From NCBI RefSeq assembly GCF_006345805.1, contig NC_043006.1:25296001-25360000 (forward strand): a DNA stretch of 64,000 nt, read 5' to 3'. The DNA is from Octopus sinensis (taxonomy: Eukaryota). The notes beneath the pieces are model-generated. The model did not search any database, was not told the DNA's origin, and was given only the letters and a program-made list of their open reading frames with translations. The position numbers and the translations under genes were made by a program. Below, piece by piece: positions 40,166 through 53,551 of the stretch (its first letter is position 1; each line of letters begins with the position of its first letter).

Positions 40166-40493
40166 CAAGTTCAGCAACACTTGAAGTAGGAATTTTGCAC
40201 TATCTGTGATAATGAATTCTTGCTGCCAATCTCTAATTCCAGGTGAAGTTGATAGATTTAAAGACAGATGAAGATAAATTGTGCCATTCAGTTTCTCTTC
40301 AGTATTTTTTATTTGCTTTTTTATTCAATTATAATTTATCTGCCACCAATCTTCTTGCTTGATGTTTCCAATTTGGGTACCAATCTTTCTTTGACGGCTT
40401 AACTACACTACCTACAATTTCTGATTGGTTGACTTTCCTCCCCACTACTATATTGAACTGTTGATATTCCTACTTCAAGTGTTGCTGAACTTG
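40166..40493. repeat. Perfect 28-bp inverted repeat enclosing a 272-bp spacer
   Basis: CAAGTTCAGCAACACTTGAAGTAGGAAT (40166-40193) and its exact reverse complement (40466-40493). No TSD seen. Confidence 0.85.
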
Positions 40494-40724
40494 CCAGTCT
40501 AACAACATATCAAATATTGACTTACATATGCTTTCCTAATGGTTTGGGAGGTTATTGTATTCTGATGTATTGTATAATGTTATGAATGTTGCATGTCTTG
40601 CCTAACTGAGCATATGATGTTATGTCATAATAGAGTCTCTTAATGAAACATTGTAGTGAGGCTGATCTATTTGTCTATTTGGTATTAAAGTTATGCTTGA
40701 GAAGACCCATCAAGCCAAGTAAAA

Positions 40725-40953
40725 TCACAACAGTAGCAGATATTGGTGTCATGCAAATGGTACCCGTGCTGATGGTACATAAAAGCACCCATTACACTCT
40801 CAGAGTGGTTGTTATTAGAAAGGGTATCCAGCCGTAGAAACCATGCCAAATCAAACTGGATTCTGGTTCAGCCTTCCAGCTTGCCAGCCCTGGTCAAACT
40901 GTCCAACCCATGCCAGCATGGACAACAGATGTTAAATGATGATGATGATGATG
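40725..40953 (+). mobile_element. Retroposon 3' end with (GAT)n tail
   Basis: Same family as 2770-3037. Confidence 0.85.
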
Positions 40954-41374
40954 ATTTATGTATGCATGCTTGCTTGCTTTGTGTTTTGTTTTGTTTAGAG
41001 AAAGTAGGTATTAACGAAATTCAAACAAATACTTCAGTCACCTCCCCAAGCGAAAATCCTGGCTAACATAATATCTCGAGAGGAAAATCAGAATTCTTAT
41101 TATTTAATCCACAGGGCACTCTATACAAGTCATTAATCTGAAGAAACTCACCAATTTAGCAGTTGGTACTTTTATCATAGAATATAATAGTAAACAGATG
41201 AAGGAATGAAGATGATGGTATTGCATAACTTATGTAATTAAAGTTATGTATTAAAGATCATTTCAATTGGTAGTGGAACCATTTCATTAACTTGCACATA
41301 GGTTTGTACATATAAAAGAATTATGTAAACCCATATGATATTTAATGAGGTTATCTTTTACAAAAAAACAAGGT

Positions 41375-41935
41375 CATCAGCACAGAGGAGCTCTGATGGA
41401 CAACCAGTTTTAAATTCCTAGAAGACTATAATAAACAAAAGGGGGCTGAAAACTAATCCTTGGTGAACTACCCGCACACTAAATTCATTGCGGTACTCAT
41501 TGCTGACTTTCACCTTACTGACAGCATCCCTCTAACATGGCTTGGACAGCTCTCTCTAGCCATTCATCCCTAGCTTCCATAGCAACCAGATGAGAGAGTT
41601 GAGGACCCCATCAAAGGTTTTCTCTATGTTGATAAATGCCAAATACAGCAGTTTACTTTTGGCTAAATGCTTACTAGGAAGGTAGCATCAGTAGTGCTTC
41701 TCCCTGGTATAATACCAAACTGCATCGCATCTAGGTTAACTCTTTTTCCTAATGAGTTGAAGTATGACTTTGCTGTAACTTTCATTACCTGGTCCAACAA
41801 TTTGTCTACTTCACTATTCCACCACCATGTCACTCAAGATCTGGATGAAACTTTGTTCTAGCCACAGATTTGGTCTGTAGTTTTCATTAGGCTGCCCCAT
41901 AAGAATTTCCAGTTGTAAGCTGTGCCATGGGAACT
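41375..41935 (-). mobile_element. RTE LINE RT fragment
   Basis: Minus-strand LDAMQFGIIPGRST and AFINIEKTFD-like motifs. Confidence 0.8.
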
Positions 41936-43619
41936 TCCATGCCTATAGTGTTGCATAATGTGTGCAAGTAAAATTTTACAATCAAGGGTGATGGAGAAAT
42001 CCTAAATTATACTCCTAAATGGTTAAAAGAAATTTTTAGTTTCTTAAATTATCAAAAGATATATTTTTAAGCGCTTATATTTACTGAAACTTTAACTGGA
42101 AATTTTCATCATTGGTTGTTGTAAAAAATTTACGAACATTTCAGGATGATCTTTTTTCTTTGTTGCTTTTGTATTTTATGGATCAGCCAACCAACTATTT
42201 GGTATTTGTTTATAGCACCAGTTTTGCTAGTTTTCTTGATTTCCTCTTTTTTTTTTCAGAGAAATTATCCACTAATAAAATGTTATTGTCCAATTATACT
42301 ATTTCTATGTCTATTGTAGTAACATTTTAATTGCATAACTCACTCAAAACTATTTAAGCTTTTAATTGTACACCATATTGTATGCACCTCATTTTGTTAG
42401 AAATCTAGATACACTCCAAATTAGAACAATGTTCTTGACACATGTGCTATACTACTTATTTTTAGCAGCTTCTCTCCTTCCCTAAAAAGTCATTTACTGT
42501 CAGACTGTTGAGATTATCAGTTAACTCTCAATATACAAAACATATCCCTTGAATAAGAATTTGCCTACTGCTTCCTCATGAAAATATATTTATGTGATAA
42601 CATTTAAAGCAGTTTCTAGCTAAAATGGGAAATATTTCTTGATACAAGTTTTGCTGTATTCTTTATATATCTTGAATACCTGCCTATTCCTTTCTCATGT
42701 ACCAAAACACTCTATTTTTATCATTGCCTTTTATTATTAGTTATTCTAATATTATTGAATTTCAATTATTTGATCTTGCCATGTTTTACTTTCTTTCTGT
42801 TTTCTCCATTATCTTTTTGTGTTGTTTTCTAGTGTGGAGGTTTGAGCAACAGATTTGCAGTAGTTCACTATTTGAATCACTAACCAATATGCTACTTATT
42901 TCTAGAATAAAAATTAGATCACATAAAAATTACACATACATATTCTCTTCCACTAGGGACATTTTACTTAAAAAAAAAATGAAAATATTTTTCATATTAA
43001 GTATTCTTGAGGCAAACATTAAATAATGTTTTGAAAATATTACTTCTTGATATGCATGTGTATTGTAACTTTTACTTTTCTCTTTTCTGCTTCTTAATGG
43101 AAACTATATAATTTATGTGGAAGCTACTTTTGTAGTAGAAAAGTTGATTGCAGTTTAATTGTTAATTGAATCATAGAAGGATTTGATTTAGAAATTGAAT
43201 TATGTAGTTGATGAGGATCAATTTCTTTTTTAAGTGAGAGAACTGAATCTTAGGTGCATTAGTTGTCTGGAAGTGGTTTGAGACTATGAACAGATAGAAC
43301 TTTAAAATTAAGGACTATTCAGATGGCTTTGCTGAAGTTAGCTTGGTTATCTTTGTGATATGATTAGTGTTGCTGTAAGTGTTGTAGTTATGGTAAAAGA
43401 AGTTTAGAAAATATGGCAACCAGAAAGGTGCTTTTCATTAGTGGTTTGCGTGATGCTCTGCAGCAGTACTATGTGGGTTATTAATTCAGGATCAAATTCA
43501 AATTTGATGTCATCTTGAGATGGAGTGGAGACAAGTGTGTTAGATATCAACTATTATTTATTCAGGTTGAGTTTTTCAGAATATGGCTGTATTACAGATA
43601 TGCTGTATAAACAATGCTT

Positions 43620-43822
43620 TCTATTATATCCCCAAGGCCTGAAATTTTGTGGGAGGGGCTAGTTGATTACACTGACACCAGTGCTCAACTGCTACTTATT
43701 TTATCGACCTTGAAAGTATGAAAGGCAAATTCAGCCTTGGTAAGATTTGAACTCAGAACATAGAGACAGAAAAAATGCCTCTCAGCATTTTGTCTGGCAT
43801 GCTAATGATTCTACCAGCTTGC
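43620..43822 (-). mobile_element. Nin/Deu SINE copy
   Basis: Plus-strand text TACTTATTTTATCGACC...ATGAAAGGCAAA...ATTTGAACTCAGAA is the reverse complement of the family C core and B box. Confidence 0.8.
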
Positions 43823-44043
43823 CACTTTATATGAAAACTCCAAATCTTTCATCCCAGCATGGTGGTTACCTTCTAATTTTATCTTTTAACTGTACTTCCA
43901 AATTTGCCTCTTGCTCCTATCTTCAAGAAACACTCCAGTTTGCCCCTGTCACTCTGAATATTTGTCCTATTTCATGAAAACCTGACTATTTGATTGTAAT
44001 GAAAAATAATGTCTTTTATCCCATCAATATCTTTTATCCATCA

Positions 44044-44320
44044 GGCGTAGGAGTGGCTGTGTGGTAAGTAGCTTGCTTACGAACCACATGGTTCCGGGTT
44101 CAGTCCCACTGCGTGGCACCTTGGGCAAGTGTCAGCCTCGGTTGACCAAAGCCTTGTGAGTGTTAACATCGCCATCACTTAGCGGTTCGGCAAAAGAGAC
44201 TGATAGAATAAGTACTAGGCTTACAAAGAATAAGTCCTGGGGTCGATTTCCTCGATTAAAGGTGGTGCTCCAGCATGGCCATAGTCAAATGACTGAAACA
44301 AGTAAATGAGTAAATGAGAG
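44044..44320 (+). mobile_element. SINE family A with the central microsatellite block deleted
   Basis: Head joins the 3' half at GCCTTGTGAGTG|TTAACATCGCC. Confidence 0.88.
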
Positions 44321-45164
44321 ATAATCAGTTAACTTACATCTCAAAGGTGATGGAGACTGTTGTAAACAACTTCCTTGTTTGTCCTCTTAATCCTTTTTTT
44401 TCTATTTAGTTTCTTTTGAGCCAGATCTACCTAAGATGTCCAGCTTATTTTACGCTGGACATGAATAATGTTTTTCTCATGGAAAGTTAGGCAAAAGCAA
44501 TATAATTAGCCAGGTTATCAGTATCTGGCATGAAAATTTCCTGGCAAAGTTACTTACATATGGTCTCTTTCTCTCTCTCCCTCTCTTCCCCCTCCCCCCC
44601 CCCTCTCTCTCTCTCACACACACATATACACACCACTAAACTTCACCATAGTAAGTAATGAAGGTATTCTTTCTCAACTGAATTCTGTTACTTTGGTGGT
44701 GTTTCAGAATTAAGCTTTATTACCAATGCTGTTTCTTCTTGCTGTGATTTCTAACATAGATTATTTTTAAAGCAGATGATATCACTCTCGATTTCTCAAC
44801 AATCTTTCAATCGTAGGTGTCTCCATATACCAGAATTCTCATCACTGGCATGAATAATGATTTTTTTGAAATTTTCCTGCAGTGGATGAGATAGTCTTCA
44901 TTCAAGACCATGAAGCCAGTCACCACCACAAATATCAAGGAAACACAAAGGACTGCAAGCAAACTTTCAAACTCTACAAATGAAAGACATTGTAGTTTAA
45001 AAAATTTTTTTTTAAAGCCAAACATCTATGATATTACTAAGACAAAAGTGAAACCTATTTTCATGAGCTAGAAGCATTGTTCTGAACAGTTTATAACCTT
45101 TTACAAGTTGATCTATTCATGCTATCCTAGAAAAACACATTAAAATGATTAATATTAATGATTA

Positions 45165-45365
45165 TAATGATGAGCTGGTAGAATTGTTGGAGCATCAAAC
45201 AAAAAACCTTTCTGCATTTCTTCTATTTACGTTCTGAGCTGAATTCCTGTCAGAGTCAACTTTGCCTTTCATTCTTGCAGGATCCATAAAATAAAGTATA
45301 GGTTAAATATTGGAGACTAACACCCTCTCCTCAAAATTACTGGCTTTGTACCTAAATTAGAAATA
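45165..45365 (+). mobile_element. Degenerate Nin/Deu SINE
   Basis: TGAGCTGGTAGAATTG...GTCAACTTTGCCTTTCATTCTT...ATAAAATAAAGTA. Confidence 0.7.
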
Positions 45366-46639
45366 ATAATGATACTGGTGATGGTTGAACCATATTCAGA
45401 CTGCTTGTCATCCTTTATAGGAATTAGAAGTAATATCGGATTTTTTTTGCCTATGAAACAAATTTAATGACTCAATTAGATGGCTACCTGGATGTAATAG
45501 TTTTAATTTCCTAGCTGGAGATGACTTAAATAAAAGAATAGTAGACAGAACAAGAAATAGTTGAAGTTAAGCAAAAGACAGACTGTATAAAACTTGCTTA
45601 GAAGAGTCGAGACTAAAGATGGTCATATTTGCATTAAGAGCAATATAGGGATAGCATTAGGAGAACAGTTGAACATTAAAAGCATCTGCCAATTCCTGCA
45701 GGACTGATGGGTATGTTGATCCAGACATGTACGATATGGATGACATCTGGTAGTTGAAAAAGTAATGTGTGCAGACTTAAGGCGGTGCTCCAGCATGGCC
45801 GCAGTCAAATGACTGAAACAAGTAAACGAGACTGCAAAACATATCTGTTGCAGAAGATTGAGGAAGTCATGGAAAGAAAGGGTGCGGTTAAATTTTAGGA
45901 TGTTTGGCCTCACAGATGGATGGAGAACTGAAAAGATTGGTAATGCATACTAGCATATAGAAATTGGGACAATGACAGTGATGAAGTGATAGAAAGAAAA
46001 ATTTAGGACTAAGAATATTTCTAATGTTTGGATGACTGCAAGCAAGAATAAAGTAGTTTGGACATGTTGGTGAAAAGGATTATTGTGATTGATCAAATAC
46101 TGTGATTAACAGTTGCTGAGTTTAGAAGTGAATATGTCAAAAATTGAAATGTGTTCAGACTTGGAGTTGGAGATACTGCTGTGATAATGTGGGCAATTAA
46201 ATGATTAAGAAGTACAAGACTAGCATGATCAGTCTATAAATAGAACAGTAAAATTTGACATGGGTTGGGGAGTAGAATGGTTATAGTGACTATGACAATG
46301 TTGTTGAAGGAAAATATTTCACTTTCATCCCTATTGGCAAAGCTTACCAATGTGTTGTTGCTGTCTCCATTTTGTATTTGTTTTTAATTCCATAAAAGGA
46401 TTTGAGTTGATTGATGTTCACTTCTGATTTTATTATTAACTACCCTGATTATAAGATTACACTCATGCATTTTTATACTTTATGGATTGTCACATATTGT
46501 AGATAAGTTTTTTTTATATTGTATGACTATATGATTGACTTTATCTCTTTACAATCCTCTAGCTTGTTAAGCTGATATTGGACATTTTATTTCATATTCC
46601 TATAGATATATGATTAAAATCCCATTAATGGGCTTATTC

Positions 46640-47140
46640 TTTTTCTGTCTCAAATTGGTGTTTGTGTTTAATAGCTTTAACCCTCTCTCTTTTCCTCTCT
46701 CCATTCCTTTGTCTCCTCCTCTCTCCCCTCCTTGATCTCCTCTCTTCCCTTCTCTTCCCCTCTCCCTTTTCCCTTCCTCTCTTTTTCATTTGCTCTCCCC
46801 TTCCTCTTTCCTCCATCTGCTCCCCCTCTCTCCTACTGAGGTAGCCATGTATCTTCTTTACTGCAAGACATCTGTTTCTCTCCTTCTGCTCATACTCCTC
46901 CCATCTGGCACAAAGTCACCTTTCTCAATATTACCCTCTCCTTCTGTTAAGGATATCTTGTCTTATAAATTATTTGGTAACTTTACTGCTGCTGGTGACA
47001 TGTAAAAAACACCCAGTCTATGCTAAGTTGTTGGAAGGGCATCTAGCTGTAAGAACCATACCAAAGCAGACAGTAGAGCCTAGCACATTCTTCTAATCTG
47101 ACAGCTCCTTTCAAACTATGCCAGCATGGAAAATGCACCA
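46640..47140 (+). mobile_element. CT-rich body plus RTE-type retroposon tail
   Basis: The pyrimidine tract grades into AAAACACCCAGT...GGAAGGGCATCTAGCTGTA...ATGCCAGCATGGAAAA. Confidence 0.65.
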
Positions 47141-48515
47141 TACTATAAAGACTGGAGATAGAAATTCTGATAAATAGCTGTCTCCATTCACTAAACCTAA
47201 AAATTTTGTTTTGAGAATAGATGAAAGAAACAATGAATTGCTTGTGTATATTAATCTGAGCATGTAAAGCTGAAATGGATAAAAATTAAGTGAACCACGT
47301 GCAGCTGTGTTTTCTGTGTCAGCCTCTCGATTTTTTTCCAATCACCAAATAGTTTTCAGAAAGCAATGATTGTACTTCATTTAATTTTTTTCAGCCAAGT
47401 ACACAATATATTTTGTGAGCAGAAGTAGGGTGATCTATTGTCTAAGCATAATTATTCTATTGGTATTTATTTTATCAACTCATCAGAACGATAAAAGACA
47501 AATATAACTTTAATGAGATTACTGAGGTTTAAATTCGGAGCATCTTCTATGGCTTTCTTCTGCCTTCTTTAACAACTTACAATTGTAAAACATAAGTATG
47601 AAGGGGTCAGTTAGTTATGGAATCAAACAATTTTGTTTCTTTTGTTTGAAACAAATTGTGTCTTGAATTAAATCCTAAGTACTATTAATTACTAATTTTA
47701 GAGTGTAAATCATTTAAATCAAACCTGAAATGCAAACCTTTAAAATACTTTAACATTTTAAGGTTAAAAACTGAATATTTTCCATTGGAAGTTATGGCAA
47801 TAGATAAACAAAGATTTTATTATTCAGTGTTGCTGAAGAAATAAAACTGTTCATTGTTATTGTAAGTAAATTTCAGAAGTATGTAGCATAACTGTTTCCA
47901 GAATGTTCTTGTGTAATCATTACTGACAGTCATGTGTAATTGTTTGTGCAAACATTGCTATTATGTTATTGAAACAGATAGTGTATATCAGCATTTTATT
48001 TATAAGCTGTTGCAGTTGATTTAGCAAACTACAAAAAATTGTGTGGTATCTGAAAATCGAGAATGCCTGTAACAGAAGACTACAATTTTATTTTCATTCC
48101 CCAAATGTCATAAATCTATTGTTGGTTTCAACACTTCACAGAAGATTATACCATTAAGAAATAATAAAAGTAAATGTAATAGTTTTTGTGTGTACATTTA
48201 TTCTATACCAGCTGTATCTGTGGATATTTTACTGTTATTTTGAAAACTATTAAGGTTGTTGGAAGTTTATAATGAACCATGAAATACATTTCTTTTAAAA
48301 TTGTAATTTTTCTGAAGTATGTCAGTCTTGTGATGAGGTAAAGTAGTAGTGTAAGTGTAGCCTTAGGAGAGAACATCTTTGAAAACTATATTCCTTGTTA
48401 TACATTTAGTACTTCTACTTTGAGCATTGTTATCAATTATCTTTATCTTCATGTCAACATGTGACAATGTTCTAAAAAGGACTACTTACAATTGTCCACC
48501 AAAAAGACTAATGTA

Positions 48516-49430
48516 TTGGGTCATCCCATAAATAATGTGGTTTTTTTTCAATTGCATGAATTAAAAGTCGGAGGGGGACGGGATAAACTACCTGCATCAA
48601 CTTGCTATAAAAGCAGGTAGTAATTTTAACTCCTGCTTATTCTTAGTGCAAGTTTTGAAGAATGCTGTTTGATTTTAACAGTTATGTTTTTAAAGCTATA
48701 ATAGAAGTAACAAAGGAGCATATTCAGCATATTTTGCTTTATTAGTTCAATAAAGGCAACAAGTGTGAGGAATATTAATGCAGTATATGGGGATTGGACA
48801 AGAAGCATAAACCAGTGTTAATGGTGGTTCCAGAATTTCCAAGCCAGGAACTACAGTCTAGAAGATGAGCCTCATCCTGGAAGATCTGTAGAGCTCAACA
48901 AGGTCGTCCTGCAAACCCTGATGGGACAAAATCCTATTGTAACGGTTGAGGAACTAGCACAGAAACTTGGATTTGGTCATTCAACCATTTATCGACACCT
49001 GCGTGCCATCGGAAAACGACCATATTTAGTTTCAAGTTGAAAGGTGTTCTTCCATCAGGATAATGCTTGGCCACATACAGCGAGGATGACATTCCAAAGG
49101 ATGGAGCAGTTTGAATGGGAGACAATGCCCCACCCACCATATTCGCTGGACACTGCCCCATCTGTTTATCATTTATTCCAGAATCTTCAAAATCATTTGG
49201 ACAGAAAAAATATGAATTCTGTAGACAAGGCCAGAACAGTACTGGAGGAGTATTTTTCATCATGGACAAGTGAATTTTGGAAGAGGGGCCTTGCAAGTCT
49301 ACCAGATAGATGGAAGATTATTGTAGAAAATGATGGAGAGTATATTTTAGATTAAAAAAGAACTTAGTTTATTTTAATTTTGAAAAATAAAGAAGTATAA
49401 AAAAAACCCATTATTTATGGGATGATCCAA
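48516..49430 (+). mobile_element. Mariner element with both TIRs and an internally deleted transposase
   Basis: TIR TTGG(G/A)TCATCCCATAAATAATG at both ends, TA TSDs. HTH region (LEDEPHPGR, VEELAQKLG) is joined to FHQDNAWPH...HPPYSLDTAPS; the intervening first-Asp region is missing. Confidence 0.92.
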
Positions 49431-51129
49431 TACATAGCAAATACTTTAAACAATTATAACTATTAAATTAAATTGAAGATTTAATCTGTCTATGGCACAG
49501 TAGTGTTGGTAATACTATCATATCTTAATATATTTTAATTGATCTTAGTCACTAACAACTCTCAATGTAAAAAGGTGACAAATATAGTACAAAGAATTTA
49601 AAATATTTCTGAATTACTTTATAACTATTTAATCTTGTTACATTTGAAAACCTTTCTGAAATAGAATTCTGTTGAGATAGCATATTTTTAAAAATAAGTA
49701 TCTTTAATTGAAAGATTTTACAGGTGGTAAGAAAAGGAAAGCAGTTGTTGGGAGCAATGAGATAAGATCTTTCTCTATTTTACAGGGGGAAAAAAGTGGT
49801 ATTGGTGACTTTTGTGTTAACTAGGTATTTGATCAGTTTTGTAAAAAGGGGTATTTAATGAGGATAATGGACATTATTTATATATTATTAGTACTTATTT
49901 TGCCATCCTTAGTGAGATGAAAAATACATAAGGTGTTTGAAAGATTTGAAATCAAAACCTCAAGGCTTTAGATGATATAAAGCAGCTAGTGTTATGCATT
50001 GCTTTTTGTGTGTCCTAACTCTTTTGCAGAAATAATAGAAAAAGCAAAAGAAAATAGTTATTTGATGAGTCAAAGTTTTCAGGTTGGCATAAAGGACACT
50101 TTTCTCTAAAAAAACATTTAAAGTAGTAGTGTGCAGTATACATTGCTCACTGAAAATACCTAGATTGTTATTTCTAGTTACATTTTGGGGAAAGATGGAA
50201 GTTGAAATATTACTTTCTGTAGTTTACTCATGCTTTAATGTTTGCTGCCATCTGCTTTTTATTTGTCATCTAATCTTTTATCATAGATGAGCAATTTCTT
50301 CACACTTTTTCTGCACAACTTCTTACTGTTGCCGGTACTAATATTTATCCTGTGGTTTTTAATATGATGTTTCTCCTTATTTATTTTAGAATTCAAATAA
50401 ATAATAAGTAAAGAAGAAAGCAAATTGGATTGTAAAATGATCAATTTAAAAAAAAAAAAGAATTACCAACCATTTTTCTTTTTTCTGTATTTCATCTATA
50501 TTCAACTTTATTAAGAGAAGTTGAAGCTTTTCTTACTGATAGGAAAATATTCCTATGACAATTTTATTTGCTTGTATGATTTCAATGAATTTTCTATTTA
50601 ATTTTCAAATACTTATGTAAAAACAAAACATTTAAAACTCCCTATCACCAACCAATTTACAACTAGGAGTGGATGCATATTTGTCATACCACGAACATTA
50701 GCCTGGTTGTCAACTGCAGCTTTTCAGTTCTTATTTGGAATAGCTACAATGCTAACTTGGATGTTTGTGATGAAGCTTGCATTGTTCACCCCTTATTTGT
50801 TCATTTGTTGTTTGGACTTTAACAGTTAGATACTGTTTGTCACATGCCATTTTGTATAATGGAATGGGTGTAGTTTATTATGAAACTGGCTCTTACATGC
50901 TTACATACAGCCACCCACACAGTTGAAACTATTGAAAATTTTGGTTTCAAGTTGCTAGAACACCCTGCATACATATGTGTGTATATATATATGTGTGTGT
51001 GTTTATAAATAAATCAAAACAGTTTGATCTATACATGTAACTCTTAATAAATATGTTGAGTGCCCTTTTTTAGCATGTCTACTCACACTCACCCACACAC
51101 ACACATGTATGTTTGTGTATATATATATA

Positions 51130-51298
51130 AATTATTATTAAAATTATGATTTAGGATATCTAAGAGATACCTCCACACTGGAAATAGCAGCCAAAACTTG
51201 ACTTTAAAACCACAGTGGTTTTAGAGTCAAGTTTTGGCTGCTATTTCCAGCATGGAGGTATCTCTTAGATACCCTAAATTATAATTTTAATAATAATT
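51130..51298. repeat. 169-bp near-perfect palindrome (84-bp arms, 1-nt centre)
   Basis: Centre at 51214 (ACCAC-A-GTGGT); five mismatches by manual pairing. Confidence 0.92.
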
Positions 51299-52252
51299 AT
51301 TACCTTTGAAGGTTTTTATTCCCATGCTGGCCACTTAATAAGATCGATATTTAAATTAACAATCTTATCCGTATTTATATATATATATATATACCTGAAG
51401 CAGTGACCCTCTCTTGTAGTGCATCAAGGTAGATTCTTCTGCAAACTTTCTTTTTATATTTTCCATACCCTGGTTTCTCTTCACTTTCTTTTTCATGGAT
51501 GAGTCTGAGTTTATTTTCATTTTCTAAGTGCACCTCTTTGAGAGGGGATTTGTAACTGTCATTAGTGTTTATTTAAGCAATTTATTTTTTTTCTCCATCT
51601 CATAAGGACTCTCCTGTTTCAGGGAATTATGCTTTTGTACTTATTGGCTCTCTTCTCAGGGATAAATTTAATGCATATGGTTCACATTATTGACATGAAT
51701 TCTTATCAGTGTCTTGCACAGATAGACTTTTAAACTAATTTTGCTGGAGTATCTGTTTTTCAATTGATTTCCAGTCAGCTTTGTAGAAGTTCAGACTAGA
51801 TAGGGTTTGGGTGCTATCTGTGTTGGAATACATCTTTAATTAGTTTTGGGCCATACATTGTCAGTTCTATCCTGTCATGGTCTGATAAAATTGTTGGTTA
51901 TATCTTCGGATTGTGGATAAGTTCCACATTGTTGGTGAAGCAGAGGTCTAAGATGTAATTGCTTCTTAATTGGGCAGAGTATTGTTTACTCCATGAACAT
52001 TAAGCAGATATTCTGTTTGATATTCTGCTTGATTTCCCTCAGACTAATACTCTTTGCACCCTTCTCATTTTATCATATAATGTCCCTCCTAGAGGGCACG
52101 TTATAGATTTTTATTGAAATCCTATTAGCCAATTATTGAACTGGATGTTAGTTTAACATGTATGCAAAGTTTCTTGAAGATTGGTTTGCTGGCTTAGGCA
52201 GCAAGATGGTGACAGAAATTGCCATTTATATATAAGATAATACATGTACACG

Positions 52253-52290
<38 letters not shown>

Positions 52291-52329
52291 CAGGCTTTTG
52301 GCAATTTGCTGTGCTTTAGAAGATACATG

Positions 52330-52567
52330 AAGCTTAGTGAAATCATAGTCATGACCAGTGCTGGTGACATGTGAAAGACACCTGTTCTGGTGACACGTAA
52401 AAAGACACCCAGTACACTCTATGGAGTGGTTGGCATTAGGAAGGGAATCCAGCTGTAGAAACCAATCCAAAACAGACTGGAGCCTGGGCTGCTCTCTGGT
52501 TTACCAGTTACAGCCAACTCATCTAACCTATGCCACCATGGAAAACAGATAATAAATGATGATGATA
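52330..52567 (+). mobile_element. Retroposon 3' end with (GAT)n tail
   Basis: Same family as 2770-3037, more diverged. Confidence 0.8.
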
Positions 52568-52809
52568 TTAAGTGTTGCTGTAGCCTTCTCCTTCACTCTA
52601 GAATAACGATAGCTGGCAGGTTGGCTTATGAAATGTATAGTAATGATATACTAAAATAACAGTAATCTGGGACTGTTATAACAGCCTCTCTCGCAAAAAG
52701 TCACAAAATATCTGGATTGCACCTTATATATGTCATTTTGAATTAAAATTAAAGGATGTGTGTGTCTGGTTGACATTATATTGTGTAAAATCTACTGTAT
52801 ACTGCTAAT

Positions 52810-53134
52810 TTTCTTCTTAAGCACTCCGTCGGTTATGACGATGAGGGTTCTGGTTGATCCGATCAACGGAAAAACTGCTCGTGAAATTAACGTGTAAGTG
52901 GCTGAGCACTCCACAGACACGTGTACCCTTAATGTAGTTCTCGGGGATATTCAGCATGACACAGAGAGTGACAAGGCCGGCCCTTTGAAATACAGGTACA
53001 ACAGAAACAGGAAGTAAGAGTGAGAGAAAGTTGTGGTGAAAGAGTACAGAAGGGATCACCATCATCCCCTGCCGGAGCCTCGTGGAGCTTTAGGTGTTTT
53101 TGCTCAATAAACACTCACAACGCCTGGTCTGGGA
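52810..53134 (-). mobile_element. 5'-truncated SINE sharing its left arm with family B but with a different 3' half
   Basis: 11-bp TSD ATACTGCTAAT (52799-52809 and 53135-53145); AAACACCTAA-GCTCCACG-GGCTC...CACAACTTTCTCTCACTCT shared with 9360-9480. Confidence 0.85.
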
Positions 53135-53330
53135 ATACTGCTAATAATAGTTGTAAAATTGATGGTATAATTTATTTTCAGTAGGACAGCGAGCTAGTAG
53201 ATATAATAATATGCCATATTGAATGAATTAAGTGCATGAAACTATTCATGTACATTGAGCTGCAATTTTAAGGATATTGATTTTATCTTTTAACTTTCAG
53301 AGTTAATTACCATTAATAAATTTGATTTAA

Positions 53331-53551
53331 CCCTTTAGTATTTAAACCGGCCATATCCGGCCAAAAGTATTCTGCCTGTTTTATGTGCAAACTGGCCAGA
53401 TCTGGTCTCTCACACCAACCCTACAATATCGTTTTAGAAATTAACAGCTTCCTCATCAAAATCTCATAGCTACAAGATAATGCATGATTAGTTCAAAACA
53501 ATGTGGATGAAAAAGCATAAATTTTGGCAGAATAATGCGAACACTAAAGGG
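53331..53551. mobile_element. piggyBac-type MITE (TTAA)
   Basis: TIR CCCTTTAGTATT and AACACTAAAGGG; TTAA at 53327-53330 and 53552-53555. Confidence 0.85.
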
